A stretch of DNA of 64,000 nucleotides from an uncultured Candidatus Woesearchaeota archaeon (lineage in GTDB: Archaea > Nanobdellota > Nanobdellia > Woesearchaeales > DSVV01), in assembly GCA_963717515.1 (NCBI GenBank), contig OY970338.1, positions 670,882 to 734,881 on the forward strand. Direction: 5' to 3'. The stretch's first letter is position 1. Each line of letters starts with the position of its first letter. Below, in pieces: positions 57,114 through 64,000 of the stretch. Both the position numbers and the translations under genes were made by a program. The notes under the pieces were generated by a model that did no database searches, was not told the DNA's origin, and saw nothing but the letters and a program-made list of their open reading frames with translations.

Positions 57114-58859
57114 CTATTTGACAGTTACGGATTTTGCCAGGTTGCGGGGCTTGTCAATGGGGAGCTTGCGCAGCTTCGCTATGTAATAGCTCAGCAGGTG
57201 GCCGATGAGAGCAGAATACACAGCGAACTCTGCATCTGTGCTTGATGGGAGATGTATCTCGCCGTTAGTATTGGAGATGACAATCGTCCTCGCCCCCCTT
57301 GCCTCGACTTCTTTTGTATTCGATATCATGTCTGGGTTGTTGTTTGGTATCAGGCTGATGATGGGCGTGCCCTCCTCGACAAGAGCGATCGTGCCGTGCT
57401 TGAGCTCCCCTGCCATCATCCCCTCTGCATGGATATAGGATATCTCCTTGAGCTTCAATGCGAACTCCCTCGCAATCGGATAGGACATCCCCCTGCCCAG
57501 GACAAAGATGTCATTCGTCTCATAGAGTTCCTTTGCAAGCGCCTTTATGTATTCCTCATTCCTGTCTATTGTCGACCTGATCTTGTCCGGGATGCTTGCA
57601 AGGTTTATCCCCCTGTTGCCAAGCTCTCTTGCAATCTCGAACAGGGTAACGAGCTGGTTTGTGAAGCTCTTTGTCGCCGCCACGCAGATCTCCTGGCCTG
57701 CCAGTATCTCGACTGACACGTCGCTCAGCCTCTGAACAGTAGAATAAGGCACGTTGACAATCGAAGCTATCTTTGCCTTCTTGAATTTTATATCCTTGAG
57801 AACTGTTACCACATCCATTGTCTCGCCAGACTGGGATATGGGTATGACCAGCGTGTCCTTGTCGACGAGAAGAAAATGCTCAAACTCGGATGCAATGACA
57901 GAATGCGCCCTTATGCCCAGCTGGGTCAGCAAGAAGGCGCCGACAAGAGAAGCATGATAGGATGTCCCGCACGCAAGGAATACGACTCTTCTTGAATTCT
58001 TGATGAGCCTTACAATCTCCTTTATCTTGGCCTTCTGGAAAGTCTCGAACGAATCCACAAGCCTGCCGACAACCTCCGGCTGCTCTTTAATCTCCTTCAT
58101 CATGAAATGGTCGAACTTCTCCTTAGACTCCTCTTTCCTTGTCCACTTGAAGGTGCTTATCTCCTTCTCCAGAGGGTCACCGAAACAGTCGAAGAACCTG
58201 TACCCCTGCCTGTCTATCACTGCATATTCCTCGTCGTCAAAGAAGATTGCCTTGTTTGTCACATCAGAGAACGCGTAAATGTCTGATGCGAGCATATGCT
58301 TGCCGTCTATCAATCCAAGGCAAAGCGGAGAGTCTCTCTTCATCGCATACAGCCTGTCCAGGCCCTTGACGAAAAACAGGACTGCAAACGTCCCCCTTGC
58401 AGTGTTTATGAAATCCTTCATCGCTTCCTCGGGTGTCTTTCCCTGCCCGATTCTCTCTGCGATGAAATGTGCGATGACCTCGGAATCAGTCTCACTCTTG
58501 AATACATGGCCGCTGTCAAGAAGCCCTTTCTTGATCTCTTCATAATTCTCGATTATGCCGTTATGCACCAGGAATACCTTTTCCTTGTCATCAGCGTGAG
58601 GGTGGGCATTCTCTTTTGTGACCTTCCCTGTCGTCGCCCACCTGGTGTGTGCCATTCCGATGTTGCCCTTCATGCCATGCAGGTCTATCTTCTTATTGAC
58701 CTTCTCAATGTCGCCTACATCCTTTTTCAGGACCACATCCTTGCCATCAGTGACAGCAATGCCGCATGAATCATATCCCCTGTACTCAAGCTTCCTTATG
58801 CCGTTATACAGAATCTCATTAACATCCTCTCCGGCAATGCAGCCGACTATTCCGCACAT
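57114..58859 (-). CDS. glmS: Glutamine--fructose-6-phosphate aminotransferase
   Basis: MCGIVG N-terminal nucleophile, two SIS domains, C-terminal KSVTVK. Confidence 0.9.
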   Translation of the reverse strand: MCGIVGCIAGEDVNEILYNGIRKLEYRGYDSCGIAVTDGKDVVLKKDVGDIEKVNKKIDLHGMKGNIGMAHTRWATTGKVTKENAHPHADDKEKVFLVHNGIIENYEEIKKGLLDSGHVFKSETDSEVIAHFIAERIGQGKTPEEAMKDFINTARGTFAVLFFVKGLDRLYAMKRDSPLCLGLIDGKHMLASDIYAFSDVTNKAIFFDDEEYAVIDRQGYRFFDCFGDPLEKEISTFKWTRKEESKEKFDHFMMKEIKEQPEVVGRLVDSFETFQKAKIKEIVRLIKNSRRVVFLACGTSYHASLVGAFLLTQLGIRAHSVIASEFEHFLLVDKDTLVIPISQSGETMDVVTVLKDIKFKKAKIASIVNVPYSTVQRLSDVSVEILAGQEICVAATKSFTNQLVTLFEIARELGNRGINLASIPDKIRSTIDRNEEYIKALAKELYETNDIFVLGRGMSYPIAREFALKLKEISYIHAEGMMAGELKHGTIALVEEGTPIISLIPNNNPDMISNTKEVEARGARTIVISNTNGEIHLPSSTDAEFAVYSALIGHLLSYYIAKLRKLPIDKPRNLAKSVTVK

Positions 58860-58920
58860 TTTCTCACCTTGTTTCTCTCTAAAATCATATGATAGTTGAT
58901 ATTCAAATCATAGTGCCTAA

Positions 58921-60132
58921 CTACTTCTTCCCGGTCTCTGCTTCTGTTATGTCTTTTTTGACTATCTCTCCTGGCAATGTGCCGGTATTCGGCCATAGTT
59001 TCCTGCCAGGATATATGCATGTGTTGATGCCTGTCCTCACATGGTCGCCCATGAACGAGCCCAGCTTCCTCCTGCCTGAGTCGACCTTCTTGCCATTCAC
59101 GATAGTTATGTTGTTCTTTCCGTCATGCCTGTAATCAGATGTTATCGTCCCTGCACCTATATTTACGTCGACACCTAGGACAGAATGGCCGATGTAGCAG
59201 TGATGCTTTGCGACTGACTCATCCATGATGATTGCGTCATAGGCCTCTCCCCTGAACTTGCATCTGTCGCCGATTGTCGTATCTGGCCTTATATATGCCG
59301 AAGGACCGATGACGCAGTCCTCGCCTATCATCACCGGCCCCTCTATGTAGGTGCAGTTCTTGACGACAGTCCCTTTGCCTATGATTGCCTCTCCTTTTAT
59401 TGTGGCCCCTTTCTCGACTGTCCCCTTAATGTCTGTCTTGATATTCTTCAAAAAGTGAGAGTTGGCCTCGAGAAGGTTCCAAGGATAGGATATCGGAAGC
59501 CAGAAATCTGTTATCTTTTCGATAGCAAATCTCTTCTTCTTTGCAATGGCCGTGACAGCATCAGTCAGCTCAATCTCTCCCCTGGGGCTTTTTTTCAGCT
59601 TCCTGAGGATATCAAAGACCCCTGTTTCAAAGATATAACATCCGACATTGCATAGGCCTGGCTGTTCCTGCTCAGGCTTCTCGATGATCTCTCTTAGATT
59701 GCCGCCTTCAACTATGCATAAGCCGAACTGGCAGTTGTCATCCTTATGGACTGCAAGCGCTGCATTATCATGGCTGAGGAGCTTCCTGATGTCCTTACCG
59801 GAAAAAAGGTCATCTCCGTTCATCACTATGAATCTGTCGTCGACAAATCTCTCTGTCTGGAGGACTGCGTGGCCAGTGCCATGCTGTTCTTTCTGGATGG
59901 CATAAGTTATCTTCAAACCCATGTATTCCATTCCGACATGCTCCATGAGCATCTCTTTTTTGTAGCCGACAATGATTATGACCTCATCCACGATGCCTTT
60001 GAGCTCGCCAAGGTTCCTCTCGATTATGGTCTTTCCAGCGACAGGAAGAAGGGGCTTTGGCCTGGTCAGGGTGAGAGGATATGTCCTCGTCGACTTGCCA
60101 GCTGCCATGATAACTGCTTTCATTTCATTCAC
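58921..60132 (-). CDS. Bifunctional sugar-1-phosphate nucleotidylyltransferase / left-handed beta-helix acetyltransferase (archaeal GlmU-like)
   Basis: MKAVIMAAGKSTRTYPLTLTRPKPLLPVAGK plus C-terminal hexapeptide repeats. Confidence 0.8.
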   Translation of the reverse strand: MNEMKAVIMAAGKSTRTYPLTLTRPKPLLPVAGKTIIERNLGELKGIVDEVIIIVGYKKEMLMEHVGMEYMGLKITYAIQKEQHGTGHAVLQTERFVDDRFIVMNGDDLFSGKDIRKLLSHDNAALAVHKDDNCQFGLCIVEGGNLREIIEKPEQEQPGLCNVGCYIFETGVFDILRKLKKSPRGEIELTDAVTAIAKKKRFAIEKITDFWLPISYPWNLLEANSHFLKNIKTDIKGTVEKGATIKGEAIIGKGTVVKNCTYIEGPVMIGEDCVIGPSAYIRPDTTIGDRCKFRGEAYDAIIMDESVAKHHCYIGHSVLGVDVNIGAGTITSDYRHDGKNNITIVNGKKVDSGRRKLGSFMGDHVRTGINTCIYPGRKLWPNTGTLPGEIVKKDITEAETGKK

Positions 60133-61471
60133 CTATCTGCTTCTTTATCTCCCTTGATATGGCTGCAACGTGTTCCTTGACCAACGCCGCATCCTTTCCC
60201 TCTACCATGACCCTGCATTTATTCTCTGTACCAGAGTACCTTACTAGCACTCGCCCGTCTGCTCCGAGAGCTTCCTCAGCTTTCCTGATTGCAGAAGCCA
60301 CTGTTTTCAGGCTCGCAAGCGGAGGCTTGGAACTAACAGTGATATTTATCATTTCCTGTGGATATACCTCAAAATCACCCAGTTCCGAAAGCTTCTTTCC
60401 GGTCTTTATCATGATGGAAAGGACCTGGAGGGCTGAGACTGTCCCGTCACCCGAGGTGTTATAGTCTGAATGTATGATATGCCCGGACTGCTCCCCTCCG
60501 AGATTATAATTGTTTTTCCTCATCTCCTCAATGATATACCTGTCTCCCACAGCTGTCCTTACAAGCCTTATGCCTTCTTTCCTCATCGCCGCCTCAAAGC
60601 CCATGCCGCTTGCGACAGTCCCGACAACAGTGTCAGATTTCAGCAGACGGTTCTCTTTCATGTAAAGGCCGCAGATGGCGAGTATCCTGTCTCCGTCGAT
60701 GATCCTACCGGCCTCATCCGCCATGATGACCCTGTCAGCGTCGCCGTCAAGAGCTATGCCTGCATCTGCCTGGTTGCCTAGCACTGCTGAGCTCAATATT
60801 TCCGGATGAAGCGCCCCGCACTGGTCATTTATGTTCAGGCCGTCAGGTTTTGCCGAATATACGACTATCTCAGCGCCAAGTTCGGAAAGGATCAGCGGAG
60901 CAACCTTGTAGGCTGCGCCATTTGCACAGTCAAGCACCACCTTGAGCCCGAACAGAGAATTGTTCCTGACAGAGCCCTTGGCAAACTCGATATAACGGCC
61001 TGCTGCATCATCTATCCGGTAAGCTCTTCCAACCTCATCTATCTTCACATGGGATGCATCCGGGCCATCAGCACTTATCAGGCTTTCAATCTCTTCCTCT
61101 ATGTCGTCAGGGAGCTTGTATCCCTGTGAGTCAAAGAATTTTATGCCATTGTCGCCTGCAGGATTATGCGAAGCCGATATGACGATGCCTGCGTCAGCAG
61201 CAAACGAGCGCACAAGATGGGCTATCGCAGGAGTAGGCATGGGGCCGACAAGATAGACATCCGCGCCCATGGAGCATAATCCTGATGTCAGCGCATACTC
61301 GAATATGTAGCCGCTCCTGCGCGTATCTTTTCCGACGATGACCTTGATCTTCTTCTTCCCTTCCCGGAATTTCAGCGCCGCAGCCTGGCCTAGCCTGAAT
61401 GCCACTTCACCAGTAAGGGGATAGATGTTCACCTTCCCCCTTATCCCGTCTGTCCCAAAGAGTTTTCTCAT
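60125..61471 (-). CDS. glmM: Phosphoglucosamine mutase
   Basis: MRKLFGTDGIRG, SASHNPAGDNGIKF, DGDADR and GEQSGH. Confidence 0.9.
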   Translation of the reverse strand: MRKLFGTDGIRGKVNIYPLTGEVAFRLGQAAALKFREGKKKIKVIVGKDTRRSGYIFEYALTSGLCSMGADVYLVGPMPTPAIAHLVRSFAADAGIVISASHNPAGDNGIKFFDSQGYKLPDDIEEEIESLISADGPDASHVKIDEVGRAYRIDDAAGRYIEFAKGSVRNNSLFGLKVVLDCANGAAYKVAPLILSELGAEIVVYSAKPDGLNINDQCGALHPEILSSAVLGNQADAGIALDGDADRVIMADEAGRIIDGDRILAICGLYMKENRLLKSDTVVGTVASGMGFEAAMRKEGIRLVRTAVGDRYIIEEMRKNNYNLGGEQSGHIIHSDYNTSGDGTVSALQVLSIMIKTGKKLSELGDFEVYPQEMINITVSSKPPLASLKTVASAIRKAEEALGADGRVLVRYSGTENKCRVMVEGKDAALVKEHVAAISREIKKQIGE

Positions 61472-61649
61472 CGGCCTAATGCTTCAGAGTTTATTTATAA
61501 AGTTAATTCAAAAAAAGGTTATAATCATGAACGAATTAAGCCTGAAAAAGCCTTATTTCTCAGCAAAATTGATATAAAATAACAATAATATTATAAAAAA
61601 ACTTATAATAAAAAGAAAAATTTTTAAATAAAAAAGCATCACCAGGCCC

Positions 61650-62579
61650 ATGGCAAAGAGCTATGTTGTCAAGGAGATTGATGGGAAGCTGTTCTATGAC
61701 GAGGCGATTGATTTAGGGCCTAATATGCTCAAGGTGATAGACCACAAGACAAGGATCAGGATAGTTAAGCTGCTGAACAGGAAGCCCATGTATCCAATCG
61801 AGATTGCAAAGGCCCTGAAGATGCACGAACAGAAGATCTATTACCATGTCAAGCAGCTTCTTGCAGCAGGCATAATCAGGACAGTGGAAAAGAAGGAGAT
61901 AAGAGGCACGACAGCGAAGAAATTTGCACCAGTAGGCATGAATTTCAATTTCTGCCTGGATTTTTCAGGGAAGAACATAACCTCAATGCTCAAGCAAAAC
62001 AGGCCTGACAAGCTTGACGATTTCCTTATCCCTTTCATCAGGGATGGGAAACTCAATTCTAGAATTGTCGTTGGGAGCCCTGACCCTCACGGGCCTTTCA
62101 AGGCAAGGGCAAGGGACGGACATCATGCTATCGAGCTTGCATTGTTCCTCGGCAGGCTCTGTTCGCTCTCAAAAGGGTTTTCGACAGCCCTGGATGTCGA
62201 TGTCGACATGAAAAAAAATGACGAGAATCTCATCATAGTCGGAGGCCCGGTGACCAACCTGACAATGGCAGTGATAAATGATTTCCTGCCTGCCAGGTTC
62301 AGCGACAAAAAACCATGGGGCATAGCAGGAAAAGAGAGTTATACAGACGACAATATAGGGTTGATTGCAAAAGTGCCTCACCCATATTTCCCTGATAAGT
62401 TCGTGCTTGCCGTCGCGGGAATAAGGTATAGCGGCACGATGTCGGCAGTGATTGCACTTTCCAGATACAGCAGCGATATCCTTTCCCGATTTACAGGTCA
62501 GAAAAGATTTTATGCTGTTGTGGAGGGCTTTGACATGGATGGAGACGGCAAGGTGGACGCTGTAGAGGTCCTCGAGTAG
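61650..62579 (+). CDS. ArsR-type winged-helix protein with a roughly 200-aa uncharacterised C-terminal domain
   Basis: KTRIRIVKLLNRKPMYPIEIAKALKMHEQKIYYHVKQLLAAGII. Confidence 0.6.
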   Translation: MAKSYVVKEIDGKLFYDEAIDLGPNMLKVIDHKTRIRIVKLLNRKPMYPIEIAKALKMHEQKIYYHVKQLLAAGIIRTVEKKEIRGTTAKKFAPVGMNFNFCLDFSGKNITSMLKQNRPDKLDDFLIPFIRDGKLNSRIVVGSPDPHGPFKARARDGHHAIELALFLGRLCSLSKGFSTALDVDVDMKKNDENLIIVGGPVTNLTMAVINDFLPARFSDKKPWGIAGKESYTDDNIGLIAKVPHPYFPDKFVLAVAGIRYSGTMSAVIALSRYSSDILSRFTGQKRFYAVVEGFDMDGDGKVDAVEVLE

Positions 62580-62582
62580 CGC

Positions 62583-63053
62583 TCACGCCCTTAATGCAAC
62601 CAGCTTGTACAGTACAACATCAATGTCCAACTTATGCCTACTATCGTTGAACTCTATACTTTTCCTATTGCAGAATACAGCATTGTAGTCATTCTCATAA
62701 GCCTTTCTGACCGCCATCCTGACTGCATTCCTGATGATTTTATCCATCTCAGAATCGCTTATCGCATGATCATCCTTGAATATGTAATGCAATGTAAATT
62801 CCCTGAAGTAACCCTTTTCAGGCCTTGAATTGAGGATCATGACACCCGGGTAGTCGGATTTGATGCCTGATAAATCCTTCTCATCCTCTGCCATGGAATG
62901 GTGTGTCCTGAGCCTTTCTTCTATCCCCTGCCCGGAAACCGGGGAATTTGCTGTCAACCCTTCAATTCCAGTCGGGCTTATAATGCCAGTGCCAGGCGAA
63001 TACCCTGCGATAGCCATGAAAAACAACGCAGGGTATAATAATCTTTTTTTCAT
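62583..63053 (-). CDS. Small secreted/lipoprotein-like hypothetical protein
   Basis: N-terminal signal-like MKKRLLYPALFFMAIAG. 156 aa. Confidence 0.5.
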   Translation of the reverse strand: MKKRLLYPALFFMAIAGYSPGTGIISPTGIEGLTANSPVSGQGIEERLRTHHSMAEDEKDLSGIKSDYPGVMILNSRPEKGYFREFTLHYIFKDDHAISDSEMDKIIRNAVRMAVRKAYENDYNAVFCNRKSIEFNDSRHKLDIDVVLYKLVALRA

Positions 63054-63213
63054 CTCAATGGGTAAACTGCAGGGATATTTAAACCTTTTTTATGAAAAAG
63101 TGAGACTTGCAGGATATCCTCCTCACTTATGAAGCCCGCAGAACGACACCACTCTCCATAATTGAAAGTTTAGCAGTATCACCCTGGAAAGAGACAAAGA
63201 ATGATTAGTCCAA

Positions 63214-63260
63214 GGGACTTTTCCTGAGGGACTTTTCCTGAGGGACTGCCCTGAGGGAGT
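63214..63260. repeat. Tandem repeat: GGGACTTTTCCTGA x2, GGGACTGCCCTGA, partial GGGAGT
   Basis: Read directly from the sequence. Units start at 63214, 63228, 63242 and 63255. Confidence 0.9.
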
Positions 63261-63420
63261 GTCAATTTTGCATAATCCCTTTCAAGATATATTCAATGCT
63301 TACTGTTAATTTCTAAAAGATCCCAGCCAATAAATATCCCAATTAAAAAATTCCTGGCTAAAAATATCCTGGTTTAAAAAAACTGGTCTATCATTGCCTG
63401 ACTATTGACATATGAGACAT

Positions 63421-63480
63421 AATGCATTGCAATGCATTATAATGGCCATTGCAATGCATTGCAATGGCCGTTGCAATGGC
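63421..63480. repeat. Degenerate 10-12-nt tandem array built from the GCAATG/CATTGC half-sites
   Basis: AATGCATTGC AATGCATTAT AATGGCCATTGC AATGCATTGC AATGGCCGTTGC AATGGCC. Perfect 12-bp palindromes GCATTGCAATGC (63424-63435) and GCAATGCATTGC (63451-63462). Confidence 0.9.
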
Positions 63481-63612
63481 CTGGCTCGAGATTAGCATCT
63501 TCTTTGACAGTCATGAGAGACCATACACCCCATCGTCTGAATTTAGTAAAAATCCAATAGAAGAATTACATAGTTCAGCATATCCTTGGCTAAGGAGGAC
63601 TAAAATTAGAGG

Positions 63613-63638
63613 AAAATGCATTGCATGCATTGCATTTT
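63613..63638. repeat. Near-perfect 26-bp palindrome AAAATGCATTGCATGCATTGCATTTT
   Basis: Same CATTGC half-site as the array 150 bp upstream. One mismatched pair. Confidence 0.85.
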
Positions 63639-63730
63639 CAATGTTTCGAACATTGAGAACATTGGGATGGAGAAATCTGAATTCACTGGATACAGGGCCT
63701 GTAAAGGCATTATAATGTGTGCAATGCCCT

Positions 63731-64000
63731 TCACATGTGCTGTATATTGTAGAGCTTCTTTATTTTTTCCCTGCTGAGTGCAGAGAACAGCTTCACGCCG
63801 GAGGGAAGCACATTCTCATCAACCAGCCCCCTTTTCTTGAGGCTGTTCATGATGACCCTTACAGTATTTATGCTGTTTCCTGTCTTCTCTGCAATGGACG
63901 AATAGCTGACAGGATCCGGCTCTGAGAGCATCAGATTCAGCAGCTTCTGTTCTGGATTAGTGAGGGATGAATCAGGGATAACTGGAACATCAGGTGCATC
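63731..64000 (-). CDS. C-terminal winged-helix (MarR/TrmB-style) part of a protein whose 5' part lies beyond the window
   Basis: The frame stays open to position 64000: DAPDVPVIPDSSLTNPEQKLLNLMLSEPDPVSYSSIAEKTGNSINTVRVIMNSLKKRGLVDE... The ORF-track Met at 63931 is internal. Confidence 0.55.
   Translation of the reverse strand, partial: DAPDVPVIPDSSLTNPEQKLLNLMLSEPDPVSYSSIAEKTGNSINTVRVIMNSLKKRGLVDENVLPSGVKLFSALSREKIKKLYNIQHM

Noticed and set aside
61472-61649. Extremely AT-rich 180-bp stretch (AATAACAATAATATTATAAAAAAACTTATAATAAAAAG...)
   Set aside because: It lies between divergently transcribed glmM and the ArsR-like gene. It is most simply a bidirectional promoter region, and no repeat structure was detected.
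63214-63480. CRISPR array
   Set aside because: The units are 10-14 nt and directly abutting with no spacers. No cas genes are in the window.
63449-63715. 88-aa ORF (MQCIAMAVAMAW...) in the ORF track
   Set aside because: Its N-terminus is simply the translation of the GCAATG repeat array. It has no ribosome-binding site or TATA box and an implausible composition.
63130-63730. Replication origin (ORB-like repeats)
   Set aside because: No orc1/cdc6 gene is visible, and the adjacent partial gene ends in a MarR/TrmB-like wHTH rather than an Orc1 winged helix. The repeats do not resemble the ORB/mini-ORB consensus I remember. Kept only as one of several hypotheses in the finding.
63616-63777. 53-aa Cys-rich sORF (MHCMHCIFNV...CAVYCRASLFFPC) that I translated by hand
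   Set aside because: The Cys codons derive from the ATGCATTGC palindrome. GAGG lies only 3 nt from the ATG, and the ORF runs antisense into the 3' end of the wHTH gene. Probably not coding; noted only in case peptide data exist.

Overview
About 60 genes on what reads as an archaeal chromosome fragment. Support: an archaeal-type 5S rRNA; TTTATAAA/CTTTAAAA boxes about 25 nt upstream of first-gene ATGs, which implies leaderless transcripts; GGTGAT ribosome-binding sites and ATGA stop/start overlaps inside operons. I cannot assign a lineage without a database search. (1) 1-36.1 kb is one very large cell-surface glycan island. It holds a UbiA/GT2/DUF2304 triad, WecB, GT4s and a Wzx-like flippase. 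It also holds a pseudaminic-acid-type nonulosonate pathway (PseB/PseC/PseH/PseF-like plus two tandem NeuB-family synthases) with many tailoring genes: a WbuX/HisH/HisF-like amidotransferase trio, a formyltransferase, a PIG-L deacetylase, a TIM-barrel isomerase, a carbamoyltransferase, an SGNH hydrolase and an ADH-Gfo fusion oxidoreductase. Next come a radical SAM/SPASM gene with a GT-C / flippase-like / GtrB-like GT2 module, and three nucleotide-sugar dehydrogenase/epimerase genes. (2) 36.1-38.4 kb holds an orphan 5S rRNA flanked by low-GC ORFans. (3) 38.5-63 kb is housekeeping: PfkB kinase, an alkaline-phosphatase-family protein, a sensor-less hybrid histidine kinase, a truncated NFACT protein, FolD, MTHFS, PurH, a 10-kb purine operon with several oversized or divergent enzymes, and GlmS/GlmU-like/GlmM. 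(4) 63.1-63.7 kb is a 600-bp non-coding stretch packed with tandem and palindromic repeats. The most unusual structure I can show directly is at 25.9-27.6 kb. A roughly 165-bp direct duplication of the promoter and first 35 codons of the radical SAM gene brackets a low-GC two-gene cassette (an orphan CheY-like receiver plus an unrecognisable 239-aa protein). No CRISPR array, tRNA, transposase or integrase was seen.
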